Shown here piece by piece: positions 1 to 10,420 of a stretch of 42,230 bases of DNA. The DNA comes from Acaryochloridaceae cyanobacterium VAR_48_metabat_390 (lineage in GTDB: Bacteria > Cyanobacteriota > Cyanobacteriia > Thermosynechococcales > Thermosynechococcaceae): positions 1 through 42,230 of the forward strand of contig JANPLU010000122.1 of the NCBI GenBank assembly GCA_031422435.1, given 5' to 3'. Under the pieces are notes generated by a model, which searched no databases, had not been told where the DNA came from, and saw only the letters and a list, made by a program, of their open reading frames with translations. Numbering within the stretch: the first letter of the stretch is position 1; each line of letters begins with the position of its first letter. The translations under genes and the position numbers were made by a program.

Positions 1-211
1 GTAGTGTGAATTCGGTCTACTCCCTAACTTATCTCCTAAAAAATATATACATGACACTCAAATCCGGCTCCTAGACAAGATTATTTACTAAAGTGCATGT
101 TTTTCCGTAATATTTTGTTACCTTAAAAGAGCCGCACCCATTTAATTTAGAGCGGGAACCCAACCTCTGATAAAATCAGCAGCATTGCTATAGTAATTAA
201 GCTTTTTTAAA

Positions 212-382
212 ATGCGCTACACCAAAGACGAAGACGGTCGGATTAATAACTTTGCGGTTGAGCCAAAGACCTATGAAGCAGAACCTCCCAACCCTCAGCA
301 GCAGCGGAACTACATTATTTTAGGCATTGTAGCTGCGGCTTTAGTGGCTGGACTCATCGCCGTTTCAGTCGTCGTTTCTTAA
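212..382 (+). CDS. psb34: Photosystem II assembly protein Psb34 (Ssl1498 family), 56 aa; missed by the ORF track
   Basis: Manual translation MRYTKDEDGRINNFAVEPKTYEAEPPNPQQQRNYIILGIVAAALVAGLIAVSVVVS*; NNFAxEP motif, QQRNY, and a C-terminal TM helix typical of the family. Confidence 0.85.
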   Translation: MRYTKDEDGRINNFAVEPKTYEAEPPNPQQQRNYIILGIVAAALVAGLIAVSVVVS

Positions 383-409
383 ATGAGACCTGCTATTGAA
401 TCTTAGCTT

Positions 410-1213
410 CTAAGCCTCAGATTTTAGAGCCACTTTAAGAGATCGACAGAACCCTGAAATCGCTTCTAAACCCTGCTTCGGCTGACCTTCCGAAAGACGC
501 TTCACAAAAGCGCTCCCCACGATCGCCGCATCTGCACCCCACTCCATGACCTGACGGGCTTGGTCTGGCTGAGAAATGCCAAATCCAACCCCGATGGGTT
601 TATCGGTTACACCCTGAAGCTCAATAATGAGATCCTGCACGCGGTCTTCGAGTTTGGTGCGGATGCCTGTAACCCCTGTGGTGCTTACTAGGTAAATAAA
701 GCCCTGAGAAAACTTGGCGATGGTTTGAATCCGGTCTTTAGAGCTAGTAGGCGCAACCAGTAGCGTCACCTCAACGCCAACCTCAGCGGCCTGCTTCAGC
801 AATGTCTCTGATTCTTCTAGGGGCAGATCGGGTACCACTAAGCCCTTAACCCCCGCTTGAGCTACCTGCTTTAGAAACGTTGCTGCCCCGCGATGGTAAA
901 TCGGATTGTAGTAGGTGAAAAGTATAATGGGCGATCGCAGTTCCGGCCCAATGCGCTCCACCATTTCTAGCACCGCATCGAGCCGCGCTCCCTTCGCAAG
1001 GGCGCGGGTTGCGGCGGCCTGAATCACAGGGCCATCGGCTAAGGGGTCAGAGTAGGGCACCCCTAGCTCAATTATGTCAGCCCCATTGGCATCTAATCGT
1101 CGGAGTGCTTCCGCCGTCGTTTCGAGATCCGGATCACCCGCTGTTAAAAATGGGATGAGGGCACATTCACCGCGATCTCGTAGGTTTTGAAAGCATTCAG
1201 AAACGGAAGTCAT
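410..1213 (-). CDS. trpA: Tryptophan synthase alpha chain
   Basis: [32 protein letters not shown] and GSAFV motifs. Confidence 0.98.
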   Translation of the reverse strand: MTSVSECFQNLRDRGECALIPFLTAGDPDLETTAEALRRLDANGADIIELGVPYSDPLADGPVIQAAATRALAKGARLDAVLEMVERIGPELRSPIILFTYYNPIYHRGAATFLKQVAQAGVKGLVVPDLPLEESETLLKQAAEVGVEVTLLVAPTSSKDRIQTIAKFSQGFIYLVSTTGVTGIRTKLEDRVQDLIIELQGVTDKPIGVGFGISQPDQARQVMEWGADAAIVGSAFVKRLSEGQPKQGLEAISGFCRSLKVALKSEA

Positions 1214-1248
1214 ACCAAATATTTTAAAGTTGTGGACTGGGCAGTCGC

Positions 1249-1575
1249 CTAAGCCTTAGACGAATTTGAACTGTCTTTCTTTTCTTGTTCTAGCTCAGAT
1301 TGCAGCGCCTCAAGCTCTTCAGGAGACATTTCATCTAAGCGCTTTTGTAAAAAGGCTGTCTCATAATCATCGCGCTGCTGATCGTAAGTCATTTTGCCGC
1401 CCGCTACCCGAAACAGGTAGGTTGAGACCCAGCCCAATAGCCCCAGCAAAAAAATAGCCTGACTCCAGATGCCTGCATCAAACGTTTCTAGACCCGCTGC
1501 TCTTAACCCCACATAGAGGAGTCCACCCGTCAAAAAGACGGCAATTCCAATTCCGATTGCATCAATGCGTCGCAT
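1249..1575 (-). CDS. DUF3007 family membrane protein
   Basis: [10 protein letters not shown] start, [20 protein letters not shown]; conserved cyanobacterial ndhL-DUF3007-trpA order. Confidence 0.9.
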   Translation of the reverse strand: MRRIDAIGIGIAVFLTGGLLYVGLRAAGLETFDAGIWSQAIFLLGLLGWVSTYLFRVAGGKMTYDQQRDDYETAFLQKRLDEMSPEELEALQSELEQEKKDSSNSSKA

Positions 1576-1601
1576 AATTGATAGCGCCCAAATATAACGC
1601 C

Positions 1602-1808
1602 CTAGATTTGTCTTGGTTTGGGGCGAAAGTTAAGAAATGGACTCAGCAGCAGCATTCCTGGGAAAAAGAAAAACACCATAAAGTACATGAAGGCTCTCTC
1701 GAAGGAGCTTGCCACATACCAGCGTTTGCTCAGGTACCCGTACAGCAAACCCGGAATGACGAGCAAATAAGCGCCACTAAGCATCAGGTAGAGCAGAGCA
1801 AGAATCAT
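1602..1808 (-). CDS. ndhL: NAD(P)H-quinone oxidoreductase subunit L
   Basis: [32 protein letters not shown] signature. Confidence 0.95.
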   Translation of the reverse strand: MILALLYLMLSGAYLLVIPGLLYGYLSKRWYVASSFERAFMYFMVFFFFPGMLLLSPFLNFRPKPRQI

Positions 1809-1861
1809 AAAAGCCTACGGGGTTAAAGAACGAACGGCTGCGTTGCATAACGCCCATTATT

Positions 1862-2389
1862 CTACCCTGTGTTGAGGGGGACATGAACCGCACTGGTTAA
1901 TCCATAGGGATATCCATCGGGTCCCCAAAATTCTGTCCAGGCTAAACCCGTCGCAGCATTTCGATGGATATCACCAATAAACTGCACGCCGACGGACTGA
2001 AGCTGCGATCGCGCTTCATCTACATCCGTCACAATAAATTCCATCATGGGGCCTTTCATGAAGGCGGTTTCTGCCAGTTTTGATCCGACAATGCCCAGAC
2101 GTTCTCCTCCGGCTAGGGTAAATTCGGCAAACTGCGGCGACTGCATTGTTAAAGGCAGTTTGAGTACGTCTCGAAAAAAGGTGACGGTGCTGTCAAAGTA
2201 GGGTGTGCGTGTACCAACCCAGCCAATACCCTGTACTTGAATCGAAGGGTTATTAACTAATGCGATGGGCAATTGCTGCCGCCATCTGTGCAGCGCAAAA
2301 GATGGTGGCTGTAGCCCAGGCACGTAAGCTGCGGCATAGCCCATGCAAAAAATGCACAGCAGTAGCGCCACTAACTTGAGAGAAGTCAT
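1862..2389 (-). CDS. VOC/glyoxalase-bleomycin resistance family protein with hydrophobic N-terminal extension
   Basis: FFRDVLKL, F.V.DVDEA...L...GV, and F.GPDG motifs. Confidence 0.75.
   Translation of the reverse strand: MTSLKLVALLLCIFCMGYAAAYVPGLQPPSFALHRWRQQLPIALVNNPSIQVQGIGWVGTRTPYFDSTVTFFRDVLKLPLTMQSPQFAEFTLAGGERLGIVGSKLAETAFMKGPMMEFIVTDVDEARSQLQSVGVQFIGDIHRNAATGLAWTEFWGPDGYPYGLTSAVHVPLNTG
2005..2012. repeat. HIP1 octamer (one example of many across the window)
   Basis: GCGATCGC recurs throughout, e.g. 2005, 2486 and 20198. Confidence 0.95.
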
Positions 2390-2553
2390 AATTAGCTCCG
2401 GTAGAGCATCTTATCCATTCAATTGCTCTACCCCTATGATATCGTTTGGGTCAAATCAGCGGTTTGTATCAACCATAACGGTGTGGCGATCGCCCTTAAA
2501 GGCGATACTGAGAACAAGCTATGGTTAAACACAACAGCATTCAAGGATTGAGC

Positions 2554-4137
2554 ATGAATCCAGCGCAACTCTGGCAACGCTATCAAGACTGGCTCTACTA
2601 CCACGATGAGCTAGGTATTTATCTCGATATCAGCCGTATGCAGTTTACAGATGCGGATGTTGCCACTTTAACGCCCAAGTTTGACCAAGCGTTTACTGCA
2701 ATGGCGGCCTTAGAAAAAGGGGCGATCGCCAACCCTGACGAAAACCGTATGGTGGGTCACTACTGGCTGCGAAACCCAGAGCTTGCCCCAACGCCAGAAC
2801 TGAAAGCTGATGTTGTTAACACCCTTGCGTCGATTGAAGCCTTTGTTAAAGATATCCATACAGGCACCATCCATCCGCCTTTAGCGCCTAAGTTTACCGA
2901 TATTCTTTCTATTGGTATTGGTGGCTCTGCCCTAGGGCCTGAGTTTGTGGCAGAAGCCCTTGCGCCTGTCCATGCGCCCCTAAACATTCATTTTCTCGAT
3001 AATTCTGACCCGACGGGCATTGATCGCGTTTTAGATCAAATTCAAGATCGGCTCTCATCTACGTTGGTGATCACCATTTCTAAATCTGGCAGCACCCCAG
3101 AGCCGCGCAACATGATGCTAGAGGTGCAGAAACGATACCGCGATCGCAGTCTTAACTTTGCCCAGTACGCCGTTGCAGTAACGGGTGAAGGCAGTCAGCT
3201 TGACCAACTTGCCAAAGCCGAAGGGTGGATTGCTCGCTTCCCGATGCATGACTGGGTGGGGGGGCGCACTTCTGAGATGTCTGCGGTGGGTCTTTTGCCT
3301 GCTGCACTTCAGGGCATTTCCATCCGCGACATGCTTGAAGGCGCAAAAATCATGGACGAAGCCACCCGTGTGCCTAACCTAAAGCAAAACCCTGCGGCAC
3401 TTTTGGCGCTGGGCTGGTACGTCTCGGGTGAGGGCAAGGGACTCAAAGACATGGTGGTGTTGCCTTATAAAGACAGCCTGCTGCTGTTTAGTCGCTATCT
3501 CCAGCAGCTTGTGATGGAATCTTTGGGCAAGGAACTCGATCTAGACGGCAATGTAGTCAATCAGGGGATTGCGGTCTACGGCAATAAAGGTTCCACAGAT
3601 CAACATGCTTACGTACAGCAGTTACGCGAAGGCTTACCCAACTTTTTTGCAACCTTCATTGAGGTGCTGCAAGATCGTGAGGGGCCATCTATGGAGCTAG
3701 ACCCCAATGTCACAACGGGCGACTACCTCTGCGGCTTTTTACTGGGCACCCGCGAGGCGCTCTACGAGAAAGGCCGCGACACGATTACTGTGACCCTCCC
3801 GACCGTCAACTCAAAAATGGTGGGTGCATTAATTGCACTCTATGAGAGAGCCGTCGGTTTTTACGCGACGCTGATCAACGTCAATGCCTACCATCAGCCT
3901 GGTGTAGAGGCAGGGAAAAAGGCAGCAGCAGCGACGCTGGCGCTTCAGCAAAAGCTGCTGGAAGGTCTCAAAGCGGCAAATGGGGCGATCGCACTGACAG
4001 ACCTTGCGGCAAAGTTGGGCGAGACGGAGCGGATTGAGACGGTCTACAAAATTCTGCGGCACCTCCACGCCAACGGACGACTCAAGTTTGAGGGTTCACT
4101 AAACCACCCAGGGGAATTACGAGTCTCTAGACTTTAA
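2554..4137 (+). CDS. pgi: Glucose-6-phosphate isomerase (start probably ATG 2554; the ORF extends to 2521)
   Basis: [56 protein letters not shown]. Confidence 0.97.
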   Translation: MNPAQLWQRYQDWLYYHDELGIYLDISRMQFTDADVATLTPKFDQAFTAMAALEKGAIANPDENRMVGHYWLRNPELAPTPELKADVVNTLASIEAFVKDIHTGTIHPPLAPKFTDILSIGIGGSALGPEFVAEALAPVHAPLNIHFLDNSDPTGIDRVLDQIQDRLSSTLVITISKSGSTPEPRNMMLEVQKRYRDRSLNFAQYAVAVTGEGSQLDQLAKAEGWIARFPMHDWVGGRTSEMSAVGLLPAALQGISIRDMLEGAKIMDEATRVPNLKQNPAALLALGWYVSGEGKGLKDMVVLPYKDSLLLFSRYLQQLVMESLGKELDLDGNVVNQGIAVYGNKGSTDQHAYVQQLREGLPNFFATFIEVLQDREGPSMELDPNVTTGDYLCGFLLGTREALYEKGRDTITVTLPTVNSKMVGALIALYERAVGFYATLINVNAYHQPGVEAGKKAAAATLALQQKLLEGLKAANGAIALTDLAAKLGETERIETVYKILRHLHANGRLKFEGSLNHPGELRVSRL

Positions 4138-4173
4138 TAAAAAAGACCAGAAGTTCTCCGAGATGGAGGTTAT

Positions 4174-4755
4174 ATGACGGTTGTGACTGTAAAACGATTC
4201 ACGGTTGATGAATATCATCGGCTTATTAAGCTGTTTTTTTTTGCGGAGGGCGATCGCCTAGAACTAATTCGAGGGGAGCTGATTGAAATGGTCTCGAAGG
4301 GGATGCCTCATGTTTTTTGTAGTGGCGTTCTATGTCGCCAGCTTGATCGCCTTCTCGGCGATAGAGCCGTGATTCGAGGGCAAGATCCCATTACAATCTC
4401 CAGTCACAGTGAGCCAGAACCCGATGTTGTCATTGCAGTAGGCCACGAAAATGACTATTTGGGGCATCACCCCTATCCAGAAAACATTTTGCTGGTTGTT
4501 GAAGTGTCTGACTCTACCTTGAGGTATGACCAAACCGTTAAGCTTTCCCTCTATGCAGAGGCTGGCATTGATGACTACTGGATTGTGAACTTAGAGGCTC
4601 AGCAGGTCGAGCGCTACAGTCAGCCCTACCAAAATGCCCAAGGTGAGTTTAACTATCTCAGTAAACAGATTTCGCTACCAAACCAGTCGGTCGCAATTCC
4701 GGGCTTTGAAGATGCTGTGCTTGAGTTGAATCGCATTTTCCCCGCGTCTCCTTAG
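4174..4755 (+). CDS. Uma2 family (PD-(D/E)xK) endonuclease-like protein
   Basis: RFTVDEYHR, SEPEPDV, LLVVEVSDSTLRYD...K..LYA.AGI..YWIVNL. Confidence 0.92.
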   Translation: MTVVTVKRFTVDEYHRLIKLFFFAEGDRLELIRGELIEMVSKGMPHVFCSGVLCRQLDRLLGDRAVIRGQDPITISSHSEPEPDVVIAVGHENDYLGHHPYPENILLVVEVSDSTLRYDQTVKLSLYAEAGIDDYWIVNLEAQQVERYSQPYQNAQGEFNYLSKQISLPNQSVAIPGFEDAVLELNRIFPASP

Positions 4756-4849
4756 TTATTCATCGGCAGAGCGCACCCTAGATGTGGGCATACTAGGGGC
4801 TGCATCGCTAGGATAAATATCATTGGCGTACCGCCAGGAGTTCAGCAAA

Positions 4850-5224
4850 ATGGATGATGTACAAGACATTTTAACCAGCCCCACTTTGAGCCGTCTGCTG
4901 CTCTTTACCTATCTGGTGCCTGTCTTTGGCATGGTGCCTGCGGCCTGGACCCTAACGCGCCGGAAAAGCGATCGCCATCATCGCAGCCTTAGTCGTCTCA
5001 CGATGACTTTAGGAATGACCTGGGTTTTGGGGAGCCTGATGCTTAACGCATCCTTGGGAATGATTGGCGAAAATGCCGTGAGCGCTCAGATTTGGATGAC
5101 CTTGTTCAATAGCGTATTTTCCTCTAGCTACTTTGTGGTTTCACTGTGGCTGATGATGCGCCTGTGGCAACGTCAAAGTCTTGAGCTGCCAGGATTCAGC
5201 TCCATCGCTAAACATTTGCCGTAA
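4850..5224 (+). CDS. Hypothetical membrane protein (about 3 TM segments); start ATG 4850 or TTG 4823
   Basis: Hydrophobic segments, YLVPVFG.VP and C-terminal LPGFS motif; only 6 bp from the downstream GTPase gene. Confidence 0.7.
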   Translation: MDDVQDILTSPTLSRLLLFTYLVPVFGMVPAAWTLTRRKSDRHHRSLSRLTMTLGMTWVLGSLMLNASLGMIGENAVSAQIWMTLFNSVFSSSYFVVSLWLMMRLWQRQSLELPGFSSIAKHLP

Positions 5225-5230
5225 CGGCCT

Positions 5231-6748
5231 ATGCGTATTCCTCGGTTGGCTTTGATTGCGATTGGCATTGGGTTGGTTTTAAGCCTAATGCTGTGGCTAA
5301 CCAATACGCTACTTCAGCTTTACGTAAGCGTCTCTGCCACGTCTGTGTTGCTGGCAAACCTACTGCTGATTGGCATTGGTGCGCTTTTTTTGACCTTAGT
5401 GGGCATCTTAATTTACTACGGGGTTGTCTTCAGCCGTCCGCGCCGCAACAGTAAGTCCCAAAAAGCACCCATTCGGCTACCGGAACAAACGTCAGCCGTT
5501 GTAGACCAGACCCTTCAGGCGGTGCGTCGTCAGGTTGCCAATATTCAAGATGAGGTGGCAAGACAGGCGGTGCTGCTGCGATCGCAGCAGCTAGAACAAA
5601 ACCTGAAATACCGTGAGCTGCATATTGTGGTGTTTGGTACGGGTTCTGCAGGTAAAACGTCGCTGGTCAATGCGCTCTTGGGTCGAGTCGCAGGGGCTGT
5701 ATCGCCCATCATGGGTACCACCACCGTAGGTGAAACCTATCAATTTGACCTCAAAGGCATTCAGCGAGCGCTACATATTACAGATACGCCAGGGTTATTA
5801 GAAGTCGGTATTGCCGGAACTGAGCGTGAACAAGCCGCGCGACAGTTGGCGACAGAGGCCGATCTGCTGCTGTTTGTTATAGATGGCGACCTAACCCAGT
5901 CTGAATACAGAGCGCTCAGCGCACTCCAGCACATTGGCAAGCGATTTATTTTGGTCTTTAACAAAATTGATCGCTACCCGACCGCCGACCGAGATGCAAT
6001 TATGCAACGGCTCCAAGAGCGAGTTCCAGATGCAGAGATTGTGGCGACTTCCGCTGCCCCTCAAGCTTTAAAGCTAACCACTGGAGAAGATGTTCAGCGT
6101 AGCCCTGATATTGTGGCGCTACTGCGACAGATAGTGACCATTCTGCGACTTGAGGGAGAAGAGCTTCTAGCAGACAACATTTTGCTTCAGGCCACTTGTC
6201 TGGGGGATGACGTTAAGCAGCTCATGGATGACCAGCGCTTAAAGCAGGCCAATCGTCTGGTTGATCGCTTTCAGTGGATTGGGGCTGGGGTGATCTGGAT
6301 TACGCCACTGCCTGTGGTAGACCTATTGGCAACGGCAGTCGTCAATGCCCAACTGGTGGTAGAGCTAGGACGTGTTTACGGCTGTGAGATGGATCTAGAG
6401 CGTGGCAAAGAATTAGCATTATCTTTGGCTAAAACGTTAGGGGGGTTGGGCATTGTGACGGGGGTGATGGAGGTTATCACAACCGCCTTAGAGCTAAGCA
6501 TAGGCGGATACGTGGTAGGCAAATCTATCCAGAGCGTGAGTGCTGCCTACCTGACTCGCATTGCAGGCAAGAGTTTTATCCAGTATTTCCGAAATGACCA
6601 AGATTGGGGCGATGGCGGCATTACGGCGGTGGTTAAACAGCAGTTTGAACTCAATCGTCGAGATGACTTTGTGAAAGCATTTGTGAAAGAGGCGATCGCC
6701 CAGCTCCCCAAAGAAGCCGTGAATCTCCTTAGTAATCAAAGATTGTAG
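5231..6748 (+). CDS. Membrane-anchored GTP-binding protein with C-terminal DUF697 (YcjF-like)
   Basis: Two N-terminal TM helices; G1 GTGSAGKTS, G3 DTPG, G4 NKID; TPLPVVDLLA...NAQ; QDWGDGG. Confidence 0.9.
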   Translation: MRIPRLALIAIGIGLVLSLMLWLTNTLLQLYVSVSATSVLLANLLLIGIGALFLTLVGILIYYGVVFSRPRRNSKSQKAPIRLPEQTSAVVDQTLQAVRRQVANIQDEVARQAVLLRSQQLEQNLKYRELHIVVFGTGSAGKTSLVNALLGRVAGAVSPIMGTTTVGETYQFDLKGIQRALHITDTPGLLEVGIAGTEREQAARQLATEADLLLFVIDGDLTQSEYRALSALQHIGKRFILVFNKIDRYPTADRDAIMQRLQERVPDAEIVATSAAPQALKLTTGEDVQRSPDIVALLRQIVTILRLEGEELLADNILLQATCLGDDVKQLMDDQRLKQANRLVDRFQWIGAGVIWITPLPVVDLLATAVVNAQLVVELGRVYGCEMDLERGKELALSLAKTLGGLGIVTGVMEVITTALELSIGGYVVGKSIQSVSAAYLTRIAGKSFIQYFRNDQDWGDGGITAVVKQQFELNRRDDFVKAFVKEAIAQLPKEAVNLLSNQRL

Positions 6749-7092
6749 GTTAATACCAAAGACCCATAAAGATAAGAATGCAAATGGGCTTTAGAGTCCC
6801 AAGACTTGACTAAAAAAAGCGCGTTTATCGGAACGATGGAAGAACTCTATAAACGAGTGAGTATTAGAAATACGAATCCTTTGTCAAGGAATAATTTTAA
6901 GCCTTCCACTTCATCTTAAATGGTGGTGCTGCGATATCAAAATGCTGCACAACATCAGAGCTTCACCTCTGCTACACAGCTTCTGCTGCTAACCCACTGA
7001 CTGCTTTGACTAAGCATTCTACTAAACGCTCAGTTTACCTTAATCGTACGCTAGAAAATACCTTGACGGAAGCATCATACTTCGACTTGAAG

Positions 7093-7127
7093 CAGGGTTC
7101 CTCTAGAAACCTACAAAGAAACCCTGT
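7093..7127 (-). terminator. Hairpin immediately downstream of tRNA-His, possible terminator
   Basis: CAGGGTT ... AACCCTG inverted repeat; no strong U-tract. Confidence 0.3.
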
Positions 7128-7147
7128 CTTAGACTGAAAACTTTAAG

Positions 7148-7222
7148 GGCGAACGACGGGACTCGAACCCGCGGGATGGTGGTACCACAAACCACTGCCT
7201 TAACCACTTGGCTACGCTCGCC
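7148..7222 (-). tRNA. trnH: tRNA-His (GTG), including encoded G-1
   Basis: Reverse complement G-GCGAGCG-TAGCCAAGTGGTTAAGGCA-GTGGT-TTGTGGT-ACCAC-CATCCC-GCGGG-TTCGAGT-CCCGT-CGTTCGC-C folds as a cloverleaf. Confidence 0.95.
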
Positions 7223-7307
7223 AGAGCTTTACACAATATAGCACCTCAGCTTACCTTAGGTCTAGTCTTGAGTATTTAATAATAACGTTACATTTGACAG
7301 CTTAAAA

Positions 7308-7392
7308 CGGAGAGGGGGGGATTCGAACCCCCGTTAAGTTACCCTAAAACAGATTTCGAGTCTGCCGCATTCAACCGCTCTGCCACCTCTCC
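7308..7392 (-). tRNA. trnS: tRNA-Ser (CGA)
   Basis: Reverse complement GGAGAGGTGGCAGAGCGGTTGAATGCG-GCAGA-CTCGAAA-TCTGT, long variable arm, GGGGGTTCGAATCCCCC-CCTCTCCG. Confidence 0.96.
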
Positions 7393-7555
7393 AAAGGCGT
7401 TTTTTAGACTAAAACAGTTAGACAAAGCCACTAGCTATTGTACATCTTCTGGTGCTGACCAACAGGGCTGAATCGAAACATGAGCTGATTAAGCCGCTGC
7501 TTAAGATCTCGTATTTCGGCCTGATGCTTTATGTTAGACCTCTTACACGAATATG

Positions 7556-7600
7556 CCCCTCTCTCTCAGCCCCTCGCCTATGCTGGGCAAGGGGAGCCGA
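7556..7600. repeat. Cyanobacterial short dispersed palindromic repeat (CCCCTC...GAGGGG type)
   Basis: CCCCTCTCTCTCAGCCCCTCGCCTATGCTGGGCAAGGGGAG; a related copy lies at 28955-28980. Confidence 0.5.
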
Positions 7601-7618
7601 GATTAATAGTAAAGTCAG

Positions 7619-7645
7619 GTAGGTTGGGTTGAGAAACGAAACCCA
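7619..7645 (+). repeat. GTAG-type REP-like element
   Basis: GTAG-GTTGGGTT-GAGAAACG-AAACCCA: GTAG tetranucleotide followed by an imperfect hairpin, in an intergenic position. Confidence 0.55.
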
Positions 7646-7665
7646 TGCTTTATCATCGGGGATAT

Positions 7666-8511
7666 TTAAGCAAGGGGTCTACTGTTGAGCGTAAAAATTG
7701 TGATTTCAGGGCGACAGTTAAACCGAATCGGAATGCCAGAGCTACCCAACCCGCGATTTGTGTACTGAATCATTGAACCCACCTGATATTGACCGAGTGG
7801 ATACTTGTAGGCTAAGGGTGGCAGCACCCGCTTCATAAAAGGTAGATACACCTGTCCGCCGTGGGAATGTCCCGATAGCTGGAGATCAAACCGTCCCGTT
7901 GCTGCGCTGGTATCAGCAAAATCTGGCTCGTGGGCCAACAGAATTGCCGCGCCGTCAGTAGGGAGTGCTGCGAGAACTTCATCGAGGCGATCGCGCTGTG
8001 CCCACACATCACCTACGCCCGCAATATGAAGCTGTGCCGAGGGGCGCTCAAGCGTCACCACCCGATTATTAAGCACTTCAATACCTGCCGTTTCTAACGT
8101 TGTTTGAACTAGGTCTGGGTTCGTCCAGACATCGTGATTCCCCAAAACTGCCACCATTTTATCTACAGGTTGCAATGACTTTAAGACCGAAAGACTGGGT
8201 GCAAATTGTTCAGCATTGCGCGTTACAAAATCACCCGTCAGCACCACTAAATCAGGGTGCATCTCGTTTACCCGACCTACAATCTTCTGAATGCGCTGAG
8301 CTGTCATGCGTCGGTCAGCGTGGATATCGGAGAGTTGCACAATGCGGTAGCCCGAAAACTCAGGTGCCAGACGGGGCAACGTTAGAGGGACGGTACGCAC
8401 CTCAATCCAGCTCGGCTCTAGATCATGCACGTAATAGACCGCCAGTAGCAGAACGCTAAGTGCCAAGGCAATTTTTTGATAGAGGCGAAGCTTGGAACGA
8501 CGGCGAGGCAT
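7666..8511 (-). CDS. Metallophosphoesterase (YkuE-like) with N-terminal TM anchor
   Basis: SDIH, LTGDF, GNHD, LAHEPD, SGHSHGGQ, NRGLG, RFNCRPE. Confidence 0.93.
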   Translation of the reverse strand: MPRRRSKLRLYQKIALALSVLLLAVYYVHDLEPSWIEVRTVPLTLPRLAPEFSGYRIVQLSDIHADRRMTAQRIQKIVGRVNEMHPDLVVLTGDFVTRNAEQFAPSLSVLKSLQPVDKMVAVLGNHDVWTNPDLVQTTLETAGIEVLNNRVVTLERPSAQLHIAGVGDVWAQRDRLDEVLAALPTDGAAILLAHEPDFADTSAATGRFDLQLSGHSHGGQVYLPFMKRVLPPLAYKYPLGQYQVGSMIQYTNRGLGSSGIPIRFNCRPEITIFTLNSRPLA

Positions 8512-8584
8512 AAAAACAGAAATTTACGGCAGTTAAACAGGTATAGCCTATCTCTGTTATCAAATCATCGGCTACGATCACACC

Positions 8585-10420
8585 ATGACTGATGCAACCT
8601 TCCCGACTGATGCCTCCCAACGGCGGCGATCGCCCCGTCTAAACGATTGGCGACTGTTTCTGCGCATTGTGCCCTATGCCAAGCCTTACACGCCCACTCT
8701 GCTGATTTCGGCAATTTTACTAGTCCCGCTGTCCATCTCTAGCGCTGTCCAGCCGATCCTAATTGGGCAAACCATCTCGCTGCTTAAAAACGAGCCATCT
8801 ACCTTCGGCTTTTTGAAAACCGTTGACCTGCCCACAGGGTTAGCCCTACTCAGTGGACTGCTGCTGGTGACAGTGCTGTTTCGGTTTGGGCTTCAGTCGT
8901 GGCAGGGGTTTCTTGTCACCAAAGTAGGGCAGCAGATCACCACCGATATCCGTAACGATCTGTTTCGGCATGTCCTTTCTTTAGCGGCACAGTTCTTTGA
9001 CCGCACACCCGTAGGCCGCCTCATTACCCGCCTAACCAGTGACGTAGAGGCATTGGGCGATGTATTTGCCACAGGAGCGATCGGCATTATTAGCGATCTG
9101 TTCTCAATTCTGGCGATTGTCGTCACCATGTTCACCATTCAGGCAGATTTAGCGCTATTGCTAGTGCTGCTGCTGGTGCCCGTGAGTGTTTTGATTTGGT
9201 ACTTTCAGTTTGAGTACCGCAAGGCCAACTACAAAGCCCGCGATGAGCTGTCTGGACTCAACTCTATGCTGCAAGAAAACCTATCGGGCATTAGCGTGGT
9301 GCAGCTCTTCCGGCGGGAGCAGTTTAATAGTCAGCTCTTTCGAGACAACAATGAGCGCTACGTCAAACAGGTAGACCGCACTATCTTTTTCGACTCTGCC
9401 GTCTCTGCCACCCTAGAGTGGATTGGGTTAATTGCGATCGCCGGAGTTCTCTGGCTAGGCGGTACGCGCATCCTTAGCGAAACCCTCACCTTTGGTACCC
9501 TTTCCACCTTTATTCTGTTTGCCCAGCGTCTCTTCAACCCGCTTCAGCAGTTGGCCGAAAAATTCACCTCTATTCAGTCCGGCTTTACCGCAGTAGAGCG
9601 CATTAACGATTTGCTCAGCCAGCCCGTAGATATCCGCGATGCCGTTACGCCGCGATCGCTCCCTCAAGCAGACGATGCCCGTGCCCTAGGAGAAGTCGCG
9701 TTTAAGAATGTTTCGCTGGCCTATAAAGACGATGATTATGTTCTTAAGAACCTAAACTTTACGATTAAGCCAGGGGAAAAAGTGGCGATCGTAGGGCCAA
9801 CGGGCGCAGGTAAAAGCTCTATCATTCGGCTGCTATGCCGTCTTTACGAAACCAATCAGGGCAGCATTACCGTCGATGGTGTGGATGTCAAAGACATTGC
9901 CCAAAACGAGCTGCGTCGCTATGTAGGCGTTATTTTGCAAGATGGCTTTTTGTTTGCGGGGGATGTCAAAAGCAATATTGCCCTTGGCGAAACCTACTCG
10001 CTTGCGCAAATCAAAACCGCTGCCGCTCAGATGAACGTGGCAAGCTTTATTGAAGAACTCCCCGATGGCTACGACACCCTGCTGCGAGAGCGAGGCACCA
10101 ATCTCTCCGCAGGTCAAAAGCAGCTCTTGGCCTTTGCCCGTGCTGCGGTTCGCAACCCCCGCATTTTGGTGCTAGATGAAGCTACTGCCAACTTAGATGT
10201 AGGTACAGAAGTCTTGATTCAAGAGGCTTTAGAGCGTCTGCTGGTCAACCGTACCGCCATTATTATTGCCCACCGTCTCTCCACCATCCGCAACGTAGAT
10301 CGGGTCTTGGTACTGCGCCACGGTGAACTGGTAGAGTCTGGCTCTCATGAGGCATTGATGGAGCTTAATGGGGTATACGCGAACCTCTACCGTCTGCAAA
10401 TGCTAGGACAGGCGGTTTAA
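8585..10420 (+). CDS. ABC transporter, fused permease/ATP-binding (MdlB-like exporter)
   Basis: TM domain plus Walker A GPTGAGKS, LSAGQKQ signature, ILVLDEAT, IAHRLSTI. Confidence 0.95.
   Translation: MTDATFPTDASQRRRSPRLNDWRLFLRIVPYAKPYTPTLLISAILLVPLSISSAVQPILIGQTISLLKNEPSTFGFLKTVDLPTGLALLSGLLLVTVLFRFGLQSWQGFLVTKVGQQITTDIRNDLFRHVLSLAAQFFDRTPVGRLITRLTSDVEALGDVFATGAIGIISDLFSILAIVVTMFTIQADLALLLVLLLVPVSVLIWYFQFEYRKANYKARDELSGLNSMLQENLSGISVVQLFRREQFNSQLFRDNNERYVKQVDRTIFFDSAVSATLEWIGLIAIAGVLWLGGTRILSETLTFGTLSTFILFAQRLFNPLQQLAEKFTSIQSGFTAVERINDLLSQPVDIRDAVTPRSLPQADDARALGEVAFKNVSLAYKDDDYVLKNLNFTIKPGEKVAIVGPTGAGKSSIIRLLCRLYETNQGSITVDGVDVKDIAQNELRRYVGVILQDGFLFAGDVKSNIALGETYSLAQIKTAAAQMNVASFIEELPDGYDTLLRERGTNLSAGQKQLLAFARAAVRNPRILVLDEATANLDVGTEVLIQEALERLLVNRTAIIIAHRLSTIRNVDRVLVLRHGELVESGSHEALMELNGVYANLYRLQMLGQAV

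Noticed and set aside
100..125. GTAA-TATTTTG-TTAC palindrome upstream of psb34 as an NtcA site
   Set aside because: Spacing is GTA-N9-TAC rather than N8, and the match to an RpaB HLR1 repeat is weak.
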